This document shows positions 12,835 through 24,913 of a stretch of 64,000 nt of DNA, piece after piece (within the stretch, counting starts at the first letter, position 1; each line of letters opens with the position of its first letter). Origin of the DNA: Octopus vulgaris (lineage: Eukaryota). Under the pieces are notes generated by a model, which was given only the letters and a program-made list of their open reading frames with translations, ran no database searches and was not told where the DNA came from. Where the stretch lies: positions 215,016,001 to 215,080,000 of the forward strand of contig OX597815.1 in assembly GCA_951406725.2 (NCBI GenBank), in the 5' to 3' direction. Both the position numbers and the translations under genes were made by a program.

Positions 12835-13075
12835 TTCATTATTAAAGCAACGAACTAGCAGAACCATTAAGCATGCCAGTAGCATTTTGTCTGTCTCTAC
12901 ATTCTGAGTTCAAATTCCACCATGATCGACTTTGTCTTTCATCCTTCCAGGGTCAATAAAATAAGTACCAGTTAAACACTGTGGGTCGAAGTAATCAACT
13001 TTTCCCCTTCCCTAAAATCGCTGACCTATATTAAAATTTGAAATTACTATTATTATTATTATTATTATTTTTCAG

Positions 13076-13192
13076 ATTTGAATGAATGTTTGGGTGAGGG
13101 AGATGGCCATACTTGCCATCCAAGCACTAAGTGCTATAATACTGATGGCAGCTATGAATGTCGTTGTAAATACAAGGATGACTGCTCTCACG
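13076..13192 (+). CDS. NELL: NELL-like exon D (calcium-binding EGF); not in the ORF track
   Basis: tttcag| ... |gtaatt, phase 1-1, 117 bp. DLNECLGEGDGHTCHPSTKCYNTDGSYECRCKYKDDCSH. Confidence 0.93.
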
Positions 13193-14747
13193 GTAATTAA
13201 AATTCATGTTTATTTTTAATCATTTCGTTAAGGATTCCACCTGAAATCATAGTATTATTGAAATAACTATTGTTATATTTCTTGGTAATTAAAACACTTG
13301 TTACTTATAATCACTTCTGTATTACTCTGATTTGATAAATGACGGTACCAAATTCCTTAAGGCATTAATCTGAGGTAACTGAGGACAGTAGTAGTAGTAG
13401 TAGTAGTAGTAGTCGCCGCCATTGCAGCAGCAGCAGTGGCTGTAACATCTCCACCACCACCACTTTTTTAAAACTTTTTTCAGTCATTTGACTGGCCATG
13501 CTGGAGTACAGCCTTTAGTCGAGCAAATCGCTAAGTTACAGGGGCGTAAACACGCCAGCATGGTGGTGGTGGTAGTGGTGGTGGTGGTGGTGGTGGTGCT
13601 GCTGCTGCTGGTGGTAGTGGTGATGATGATGATGATGATGATGATATACCCAGTTTGAGTTTCTTCTCATAAAACTTATTTAGCTGAGATATGTTAGAAT
13701 AAAAAGCAGATTTATTACTATGAGATTTGGGCGTGTCATTTGTAGAGATTCGACCGATTTGCTAACTTGAATAAATAAAATTCGTGAGGAATAGCGGGTT
13801 AGTTTATTTGATATTCTGAAATTGGAGGAAATCAATGATTGAAATATACAATTGATGCAAATCCTTCCTAAATCAATAATGTCAAAAGAGATTGATAGTT
13901 GATTTCTGTAGATGTTCAATTTTTGTGGAGCTTGCAGTTAACTCTACTCCAAGCTTTGAGTATGAAATCATCATCATCATTTAACGTCCGCTTTCCATGC
14001 TAGCATGGGTTGGACGATTTAACTGAGGACTGGCAAACCAGAAGGTTGCACCAGGCTCCAGTCTTGATCTGGCAGAGTTTCAACAGCTGGATGCCCTTCC
14101 TAATGCCAACCACTCCGAGGGTGCTTTTACGTGCTACCGGCACAAGGGCCAGTCTGGGAGTACTGGCAATGGCCACACTCAAATGGTGTTTTTTATGTGC
14201 CACCTGCACAGGAGTCAGTCCAGCAGCACTGGCAACAACCTTGCTCGAATGTTTTGTTCACGTGCCACCGGCACAAGTGCCAGTAAGGCAACGCTCTGTA
14301 AATTAATTCATAAATGGTTTATCCAGCTGCAGAGAAATATCTCCTATTCCCTTAGATTCTATGGGAACTAGGATAAGCTTCCTTGCAGTGAGGCTAAATA
14401 TATATATATATGTCTTAGGTTGAATATAACACTCCATAGACTCTGTGGTGTGTTACATAATTATTTTCATGAATTTACTACCAAGATTACCCTATCAAAA
14501 GCAATCCAATTCAACTAGACCAAAATTACAAACCTTCATTGTCAGGCCCACACACTTCACTGACAGTTCATCATCATCATTTAGCGTTCATTTTCCATGC
14601 TAGCATGTGTTGGACTGGTTAACAGTAGCTGGTAAAGCCAGGGGCTGTACTAGGCTCCATTATAACATCAAATTTATTTTAGAGTAATTTAAATACATAT
14701 TATATGATATTATTTACATATATATATATATATAATATATATATGTG

Positions 14748-14785
<38 letters not shown>

Positions 14786-15861
14786 TATATTATATTATAT
14801 TATATTATATTATATTATATTATATTATATATATACATATAATTTGTATGTGTGTGCACACACACATTAATACAGAATTAATTAACTCACATACTGTATA
14901 GTATGTTAAATAATTATTCACTGCAGCAGATATCCTAGCTCAGCAGATATAACAGATAGTTTATATTCATTTATTATTGACATTAGAGATCAATAATTTT
15001 ATTTATAATAATAATAATAAATAAGATGTAACTGGGAAAATCAGTTCACAACTGCCAGCCTTACTTTTCTTTGAAGTGAAGGCACAAAGTGTTGGTGTGA
15101 TATCTTCAAAGATTTTGAACAGTCTGATTCCTCTATTTTTGTTGTTGCTGTTGTTATTGTTTAGATCCAGCAGATTTATCTTCAAGGCCATTTCAGCCAT
15201 GACCAAAGTGTCTTTTATTCAGGAATAGGGTATCTAGGATTACATTACCACATTATCTAATGTATCTTTTCTAGGTTTTTTTAAAACTGCACAGTGTAAT
15301 TTGAGGAAGGCTTTGGCTGCTGTTTCTTGCAGAATGAGTGACCACACACAAACTTCCTCATTGGTTTGCTGTCTATATATTATACAGTACTGTCTTTCTC
15401 CACTCTGGTTAGTTCTTTTATGGCATCACTCCAGCAAGTAATTTCTTTCCATATCTTGGTATTGATGGCAACTGAGGTTATACATACATGTTTCTGTTTT
15501 GTTTTGTTTTGTTGTTTGTTTCTATGTACTTGGCTGATTCTTTATTTTGGAAACTACAAATTATAAACGCATAATTAATGTCTTTTAGATAGTAGATAAA
15601 TATTTAATAACATTTTTAAATAGAAATACATGCCAATTCTCCCACCACATACACACAGATACACACATATACGCATGCAGACAGGCAGATGGTTATAAAT
15701 ATATCTTCAGATTCATTTAGTGTCCACTTTCCATGCTAGCATGGGTTGGGCAATTTGACAGGATCTGGCAAGCTGCAAGGCCACATCAAGCTCCTCTGTC
15801 TGCTTTGGCATGATTTCTATAGCTGGATATCCTTCCTAAGGTCAACCACTCTACAGAGTGT

Positions 15862-16264
15862 ACTCTTTTACTTGTTTCAGTCATTTGACTGTGGCCATGC
15901 TGGAGCACCGCCTTTAGTCGAGCAAATCAACCCCAGAACTTATTCTTTGGAAGCCTAGTACTTATTCTATTGGTCTCTTTTGCCGAACTGCTAAGTTACG
16001 GGGACGTAAATACACCAGCATCGGTTGTCAAGCGATGTTGGGGGGACAAACACAAACATACACACAAACACACACACACACACACACAGATATATACATA
16101 TATATGACAGGCTTCTTTCAGTTTCCGTCTACCAAATCCACTCACAAGGCTTTGGTCGGCCCGAGGCTATAATAGAAGACACTTGCCCAAGGTGCCATGC
16201 AGTGGGACTGAACCCGGAACCATGTGGTTGGTAAGCAAGCTACTTACTGCACAGCCACTCCTAC
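15862..16264 (-). mobile_element. tRNA-derived CORE-like SINE family A (representative copy)
   Basis: Head gtggctgtg.gg ... gggttcagtccc, CORE-like ggcaccttgggcaagtgtctt, internal (TA/CA)n, tail cagcatggccacagtcaaatgactgaaacaagtaaaaga. Other copies: 20073-20470(-), 23221-23646(-), 23945-24347(+), 25260-25686(-), 26106-26487(+), 39186-39400(-), 44570-45032(-), plus fragments. Confidence 0.88.
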
Positions 16265-16380
16265 ATCTGGGAGCATTTTTTTTGTGCCACCAACACTAGT
16301 GAGGTTACTAAGTATCTTGCACAATAGAAAAAGATTAGGGAAAAAAGAAATAGGGGAGGCTCCTATTACTACATGAGGTG

Positions 16381-16893
16381 TATAAGATGTCCAATAATTA
16401 GCTATCTATTTCAGTGAAATGAGACAAATTATTAAAAGCTCACTTTTATGTTTATCATGTTTAATATGTTAAAGTGTATAAATTTTTAATTTCGTTTATA
16501 ATTTTTTTATAACTTTCTTTTCATTCCTATTGGATCCCACTTATCTGTCCACAACTTTTTTTTTTTTTCCCCATTTGGCTGGAATCATTATCTCAACCTT
16601 TATCACTAGGAAGAAGCAATATTTTAGCTGAACTTAAAGAACACATTCAGCTAACAGTGCAGGAGATAACTCCTGAAAGACTTCATGATGTGTTTCACAA
16701 CACTAGGGATAAATTTGAAATTTGCAGGGATACGAATGGAGCAGATGTTGAAAATTTTCAATAGTTTTGACATAAGATTTATAAATCTATTTGTTTTGGT
16801 ATCATAATTAAATAATAAGCATAAAACTCTGTCAGTTTTTTATAAAATTTGCCCAATCTCATTGAAAAAGATAGCTAATTCTGGGACACTGTA
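16381..16893 (+). mobile_element. Internally deleted Tc1/mariner-superfamily DNA transposon
   Basis: Degenerate ~60-bp TIRs (ta..gtcc...aattagctatct.tttca.tga.at / reverse complement ending ggacactgta) with TA ends. Residual transposase C-terminus LAELKEHIQLTVQEITPERLHDVFHNTRDKFEICRDTNGADVENFQ* at ~16624-16763. Confidence 0.75.
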
Positions 16894-17035
16894 TTTGGCA
16901 GGGAAAGATGGTTTTGTGCTAGGTGTTGAAATACTAAAGAGATAAGCACAGGTGTCTTGATAATATTACTTACATTTTTGCATCCTTCTCACAAGTTTGC
17001 TTTTACATATTATTACTGTATATTTATCTTTATAG

Positions 17036-17118
17036 GTTGTATATTTGAAGGGTATTACCATGAAAACAATTCCAGATGGATTTCTGAAATTGATGTGTGC
17101 TCAGATTGTAGTTGCAAA
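17036..17118 (+). CDS. NELL: NELL-like exon E (first half of a VWC domain); not in the ORF track
   Basis: ttatag| ... |gtaagt, phase 1-0, 83 bp. GCIFEGYYHENNSRWISEIDVCSDCSCK fits the VWC C...W....C..C.C pattern. Confidence 0.92.
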
Positions 17119-18647
17119 GTAAGTTAAAACTAACCACTCCTTACCTTCTTTCACCTTTGATTACAACAGTGTTGTTGTTGTTACTATTGTTGTCATGTAC
17201 CCACAGGTCATCTTTTAAAGCATCTTTTAAATAAAACTTATCTAATTAACCCATTATTTTGTTGTTGTTTTTACATCCATTGCCCCCTTTTGGCCACCCC
17301 ATTATCACCCCACTTTTCTCCAATGCATCCTGATTCTTTCTGCTACCCCCAAGGGAGCAATACTGCCCACTTTGGGAACCACTGTTTTAAAATATTTCTA
17401 GGACTACATTACCTAATGAGTTCATTCATTTTTTTTTTTTTAAGTGATTAGATCAGTTTTAGACCAACGATGTTTCAAGCACTGGCAAGCTTTACTTCCT
17501 CCGTGGTGATCCTCAAAATTGTGGCCAGTGGTACCCAGAAAATAACAATAGATGAAGGCGGCAGGCTGGCAGAAATGTTAGCACGCCAGGCAAAATGCCT
17601 AGTGGTATTTTGTCTGTCTTTACATTCTGAGCTCAAATTCCGCCGAGGTCAACTTTGCCTTTCATCCTTTCAGGGTCAATAAATTAAGTACCAGTTACAC
17701 ACTGGGGTCGATGTAATCGACTTAAACCCTTTGTCTGTTCTTGTTTGCCCCCTCTATGTTTAGCCCCTTGTGGGCAATAAAGAAATGAGAAAATTACAAT
17801 AGCAGCCTTGATCTGTTGTTGTCTTAGCTTTAACTTAAGCCTTTTGTTCCCTGTGGAACATAGGATATCAATGACTTATCTCCACAAAGTCAGCAGTTTT
17901 AAGGGAGGTCAAAGTTAATCAGTGAAATTGATCTCAGTACCAGGGTAGTGCTTTAGTTTATCAACCCCAAAGGGATGAATGATAAAGTTTAACTTTAGCT
18001 GAATTTTGAACTCAGGATATAATGAGTCTTAACTAAATACCACAAAACTCGTTTGATTGATGTTCTGATGATTCTGCCAATGCAATCATAATATAATATT
18101 GCTTTCAAATTTTGGCACAAGTCGATCTATTTTAGGTGAGGGGTTGAGTGGATTACATCAACTCCAGTGCTCAACCGGTATTTACTTTAGTCACCACCAC
18201 CACCACCACCACCCCACCAAAAGAATGAAAGGCAAAGTCGATCACAGTGGAATTTGAACACAGAATTTAAAGACAGATAAAATTCTGCAAAGCATTTTGC
18301 CCAATGTGATAACAATTCTGCCAGTTCACTGCCCTCAATCATAATATTATATTGATTTAAAATTTTGGCACAAGGCCAGCAATTTCGGGGGTGGGTGTAA
18401 GTCGATTACATCTCATCCCTAGTGTTCACTTGGTACTTATTTTATCGAGTCCAAAAGGATGAAAACCAAAGTCGACCTTGGCAGAATTTGAACTCAGAAC
18501 ATAAAGATAGACAAAAATGCCATAAAGCATTTCCCCCAGCATGCTCACCACTCTGCCAGCTTGCCACCTTCAATCATAATATAATATTGAAAATTTTAAT
18601 GCAACTCCCATTACTTAAAATGATTTTTTTGTTTTGTTTTTTTACAG

Positions 18648-18818
18648 CGTGGCGTAGTTAAATGTCACCAAAGGGAATGTGACTGTAGTAAGAGGAAAAT
18701 TAACTACTCCTGCTGTCCACACTGTGCTGAAAAAAGAAGTTGTCCACATCAAGAACACTCATTAGAAATGTCACATGGGCAAAAATGGGTGTATGAGTGC
18801 CAGACGTGTGAATGTTTA
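18648..18818 (+). CDS. NELL: NELL-like exon F (VWC/VWC)
   Basis: ttacag| ... |gtaagt, phase 0-0, 171 bp. RGVVKCHQRECDCSKRKINYSCCPHCAEKRSCPHQEHSLEMSHGQKWVYECQTCECL contains the CCPxC motif. Confidence 0.94.
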
Positions 18819-19269
18819 GTAAGTGTTGTTGTTTTTTTAATATTGAGTTTTATTGTATTTTTAATGTTCCATTTTGTTTATTTTAGACCAGAATTTATAC
18901 ATTACTTTATTTCATCATCATACTGTAATTTAAGGAGGTCCCCTCCCCTCCAATCTGAATGGTAAGGGTTGAGAATGAGTGAGATTGGAATTTGAACAGC
19001 TAAAAGTGAGGAGACTTTGGGTGTTATGTTGGGCTGCTGTACTTGAAAAAAGAATTAATTGATAAGTTTGTTGCTAATTTACAGAGAGAGAGAAATGTGT
19101 TCATCTTACTGGTTTTTAATTTGAAATTAAATGAAATCAAAATGACTAGTAATTCCCTCCCTATAAATGTTGGATTGTTACTGTAAGTTCATCTCCTTAA
19201 AGTATGTTAATAACATCTTGGCCTAGCTGTCATCACCCATGACATGAAGGAGAGAAAAATCAATAAATA

Positions 19270-19470
19270 CAGGAGCCTGGTCGGCTGCTGTCAGTTTGTG
19301 CTGGTCGCTGTCAAGACATCAGGTGTCCTAGGACCTCATATTACTGATTTCCTTCACAGAATAGAGATAAGATGGCCCCATTGGAAAAATGGACTCCAGA
19401 AAGTGGAGCGGCTATGAAGAGTCGCTGGCCATTCTCCTCAGCAATGCCATTGTGGTCATTAAGATAGGGT
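19270..19470 (+). mobile_element. Decayed fragment of a restriction-like endonuclease domain (CRE-like non-LTR element)
   Basis: Translation FVLVAVKTSGVLGPHITDFLHRI resembles the F.P.AVET.G..GP....FL motif near the C-terminus of CRE-type elements. Short and frameshifted. Confidence 0.35.
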
Positions 19471-20274
19471 GATGGGCCACGTATCCCAAAACCCCACTAT
19501 TTCCCACTACTTTACCCCAACACACGCTTTTTTCTTTTTCCATTTCTTTCTTTTATTTTCTCATCTCCCTTCTTTCTTGTTCCTTTATATTTTTACTCTA
19601 CAGTATAATTGCAGTCTCAAAAACAATTGTTTTTCAAACATCAAATAAGAAATAATTATCAAGCTATTAGCCATCTCTACAGAGTGCAAATCTTATTCAA
19701 GATACTAACTCTTGATGAAATATCACAGTTCCAAAAACTAAGTGAAATGGCTCAACCAGGAACAGATCTTGTTTTATTGCACAGTCTGCTTGCCAGAACC
19801 TTACTATCAGACTGCAGAGTTTACTATCACTTGACAGAGTTTACACAAACTAATTTTTATCTGACTTGAGAAAAAAATTATGGGTACAAAATAACATCAT
19901 CTCTAGAGAGATTTGATCTATGATGACAGTTTGCTACTGTACTCATTTTGTCTGCCCTAAAAAATGAATTACAAGTGAAAGCTGGAGCTCAAAATGTAAA
20001 GACAGGCAATGCTGCTAAGCATTTTGTCCAGAGTACTTATGATTCAGCAGCTCACCACCTTACTCTTTTACGCTTTTACTTGTTTCAGTCATTTGACTGT
20101 GGCCATGCTGGAGCACCACCTTTAGTCAAGCAAATCAACCCCAGGACTTATTCTTTGTAAGCCTAGTACTTATTCTATTGGTCTCTTTTGCCGAACTGCT
20201 AAGTTACGGGGACGTAAACACACCATCAGTTGTCAAGCGATGTTGGTGGGGGACGAACTCACACACACAAACAT

Positions 20275-20305
<31 letters not shown>

Positions 20306-22086
20306 CATATATACGACGGGCTTCTTTCAGTTTGCATCTACCAAATCCACTCACAAGGCTTTGGACGGCCCAAGGGTATAGTAGAAGGTACTTGCCCAAG
20401 GTGCCATGCAGTGGGACTGAACCCGGAACCATGTGGTTGGTAAGCAAGCTACTTACCACACAGCCATCCCTGCAACTTAATAAAATAATGATGATAATAA
20501 TCCTTTCTACTATAGGCACAAGATCTGAAATTTAGGGGAGGGGGATAGTTGATTACATCAACTCCAGTTCTCAACTGGTACTTATTTTATCAACCCCCAA
20601 AAGGATGAAAGGCAAAGTCAAATTTGAACTCAAGGTTGACTTTGCCTTTCATCCTTCTGGTGGTCAATAAAACAGATACCAGTTGAGTACTGAGGTTGAT
20701 ATAATCAACTTACCCATCCCCCTGAAATTACTTGCCTTGTACCAAAATTTGAAACCAATAATAATGATGGTAGTTGAAGGAGATTGGAATAGAATGCCCT
20801 GTAGGGTTTCTACAGAAAGTTTGCCTCTTAAGGACAGAAAAGCTTATCAGGAAGGTTTTAAGCACTTGAAAGACGATTGAAAGCTTGTGGATACCTAAGG
20901 TTACCGGTAGTAACCCACTATCCACATAAATTCTACTAGGAATAAGAATGAACTTGAGTCAAATCAATAATAATAATAATCCTTTCAACTATAGGCCAGA
21001 AATTTTGAGGAGGAGACAAGTTGGTTACTAGTTGATTACATTGACCCCAGTGTGTCATTGGTACTTAATTTATCAACTCTGAAAGGATAAAAGGCAAAGT
21101 TGACCTCAGCTGAATTTTAACTCAGAACGTAAAAACAGATGAAATGCCCCAAAGGATTTTGCCCAGGGTGCTAACAAATCTTATTTCTTTATTTCCCTCA
21201 AAGGGCTAAACATAGAGGGGACAAACAAGCACAGACAAAGGGATTAAGTCGATTACATCGACCTCAGGGCGTAACTGGTACTTAATTTATCAACCCTGAA
21301 AGGATGAAAGGCAAAGTCGACCTTGGCAGAATTTGAACTCAGAACCTAAAGACAGACAAAATACCTATTTCTTTACTACCCACATGGGGCTAAACAGAGA
21401 GGACAAACGAGGACAGACAAACAGATTAAGTCGATTATATCGACCCCAGTGCATAACTGGTACTTATTTAATCAACTCCGAAAGGATGAAAGGCAAAGTC
21501 GACCTCGGCAGAATTTGAACTTAGAACATAAAGACAGACGAAATACTGCTATGCATTTTTTCCGGCATGCTAACAATTCTGCCAGCTCTCTGCTAGTAAT
21601 AATAATAATGCAAAGAAGAGAAAGATTTCTGTTTCTATATTTTTGTTTTGTTTTGGTTTTTTGGATTTTTAGGGAGGAGGGGGGGGGGGTTTAAAATATT
21701 GTTAGTTGAAATAAACACCAGAATTTGGTACCTTGCTTTTTAGAATGTTCTTTAAAGTTTACATTACATCTGCCAGTCATTGTAAGGACAGGGATGGAGG
21801 AGAGACAGGAATAAATGTAAATAAATAAATAAACAGTGCTTAGCTAAGTGAATCATTCAAACAATTCTAAAAATGAGTTATCCGTTTCTTCATTCTTTGT
21901 CTTCTAGCTTTCTTGAAATATCTAAGCCAGTTCTTGAGCACTCAAAATAGAAATGGAAGTTGTAGGTTAGCCAAGACCTGTGGCCACAATCCAGCACCTA
22001 TGCAAGATACATTACCATTTTTCAGTATACATATACTGGCATATACACATGTAAATACATACCTATACACACACACACACATCTGC

Positions 22087-22133
<47 letters not shown>

Positions 22134-22304
22134 GCTTCATATATATATATACACATACATACATGCATGCATGTATACATATGAGTGTGTATATATATAT
22201 GTATGTATGCATGTGTGTATGTATATGTATGTACATACATACATGTATGTATATATAACTTTTTTCAAATACACAAAACTACACATGCACACACACATAT
22301 ATTG

Positions 22305-22343
<39 letters not shown>

Positions 22344-22882
22344 GTTTTCACAAAAACATATTTATATCTATCTACAAACATACACCCATACTGCAGCGCA
22401 TCTACATAAATACATACATAAATAAACTTTCGACCATAGACATACATACACCTATACAAATCTATTACATACACACCCACACCCACTTGCACATACACAA
22501 ATATACTTAACATTCATAAATATACATAACTTTCTCATGCCCACACACATACACACACACACAGACATATATACATATATAAACTGTTGTAAAAAGTATT
22601 AGCAACTCAATTTAGCCTCGTCTTTACTTGTTAAGTACTTCCAGATTCTGAAACTTTCATACCTGTGTATGAGCTGCAGTCTTGGTTTTGATTCCTCTAA
22701 TATATTTTATCTGGTTATGAAGGCACATTACCAATTATCAGTTAACATTTATGTATACAGCAAACCCAATGACAACAACCACCATACACCACTGATATAC
22801 ACACAGCATATAGATATTGAGTGAATAGACACAGTGTATAGATGTTGACTATATATACACACACACAACATGTAGATATTGG

Positions 22883-22919
<37 letters not shown>

Positions 22920-24673
22920 GCCATTGCCAGCCTCGTCTGACCTCTATGCCGGTGGCACGTAAAATGTCACCATCCGATCATGGCCGTTTGCCAGTCTCGT
23001 CTGGCACCTGTGCTGGTGGCATGTAAAAATCACCCACTACACTCTCGGAGTGGTTGGCGTTAGGAAGGGCATCCAGCTGTAGAAACCCTGCCAGATCAGA
23101 CTGGGCCTGGTGCAGCCTTCTGGCTTCCCAGACTCCAGTTGAACCGTCCAACCCATGCTAGCATGGAGAGCGGATGTTAAATGATATGTATGTATGTATG
23201 TATGCATATGTGTGTATGTATACTCTTTTACTTGTTTCAGTTATTTGACTGTGGCCATGCTGGAGCACCACCTTTAGTCAAGCAAATCGAACCCAGAACT
23301 TATTCTTTGTAAGCCTAGTACTTATTCTATTGGTCTCTTTTGCCGAACTGCTAAGTTACAGGGACGTAAACACACCAGCATCAGTTGTCAAGCGATGTTG
23401 GGGGGACAAACACAAACACATAAACACACACACATACACACATATATATATATATACATATATATATTTATACATATATATATGACAGGATTCTTTCAGT
23501 TTCCATCTACCAAATCCACTTACAAGGCTTTGGTTGGCCCGAGGCTATAGTAGAAGACACATGCCCAAGGTGCCACGCAGTGGGAATGAACCCGGAACCA
23601 TGTGGTTGGTAAGCAAGCTACTTACCACACAGCCACCCCTGCACCTATAACTATATAAATAGACATGTATGTATAAATATATAAAAGAGCATTAATACTC
23701 ATGAGAGATATTAATGTTAGTGGCCACAATACATTTGTATACATATATATATAATGGTTATGATGAAGCAAGTGGCATAGGTTTAGGCATATAAACTCCC
23801 TGTAAAGCCAATCTGCAACTTGGTTAAGATTTCCAGATGTAGCACTCTGGTCCTTTACAAACTAATTTCATTGACTAAGTAAAAGTGGTCCAACTATGAC
23901 CATCACATGTTATTTTGGGAAAATATATCCAAGACTGATCTGTAAGAGGCCTAGCTGTGTGGTAAGAAGCTTGCTTCCAAGGAATGTGGTTCTGGGTTCA
24001 GTCCCAACATGTAGCACCTTGGGCAAGTGTCTTCTACTATAGCCTTGGTCCAACCAAAGCCTTATGAGTAGATTTTATCAATGGAAACTGAAAGAAGCCT
24101 GTTGAATATATATATATATATATGCGTCTGTGTGTGCGCGCATCTGTGTGTGTTTATCCCAAACCACTGTTTACAGCCGGTGTTGGTGTGTTTATGTTCC
24201 CATAACTTAGCAGTTTGGTAACAGAGTCCAATAGAATACATATCAGGCTTAAAAAGAATAAATATTAGGGTCTATTCAGTAGATTAAAATTCTTCAATGT
24301 GGTGCCCCAGCATGGCCACAGTCTAATGACTGAGACAAGTAAATGATAAATGATAAAAATATATGTTAAAATTCACCAGAAATACTTTAAAACCTCGGCA
24401 AATACAATCATGTGGTTAAAAAATATTCATTTTGTTGTTAAACCTGACTGAGTATTCCTATACTAAAAAGTGGTCCAGAGACGACTCATCTCATCTAGTG
24501 TTTCTCATCATTTACAAGACAGTAGGATGTTATTTGAAGAAAATTTGGCTAATATTTCCAGCTGGTCAAGCACCCATATAGAGGTTTCCTCATTGGTTTG
24601 TTCATTTTCACCTTGTTAATATCAGCGGCATGTACATTGGATTTCAATGAAATTTTGACTTCTATATTTTCAG

Positions 24674-24913
24674 AGTGGAGAGGTTGATTGCTGGCCATTA
24701 GAATGTCCAAAGCTGATGTGTTCTGATGTGGTCAAAATGTCTGGAGACTGTTGTCCACGGTGCATCGATGATGACCCGTGTCATGAAAATGATCAATACA
24801 GTGTAATTAATGCCGGCTTGATTCCAAGCCTTTGTAGATACCATGGTCGTAAATACCGTCATAATGATCACTGGAACCTCCATGGAGATAAATGTACCAC
24901 TTGTAAATGTAAG
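24674..24913 (+). CDS. NELL: NELL-like exon G (VWC/VWC)
   Basis: tttcag| ... |gtaagt, phase 0-0, 240 bp. SGEVDCWPLECPKLMC...GDCCPRCIDDDPC...WNLHGDKCTTCKCK. GEVDCWPL and CCPRC..DPC are characteristic of NELL1/2. Confidence 0.96.
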
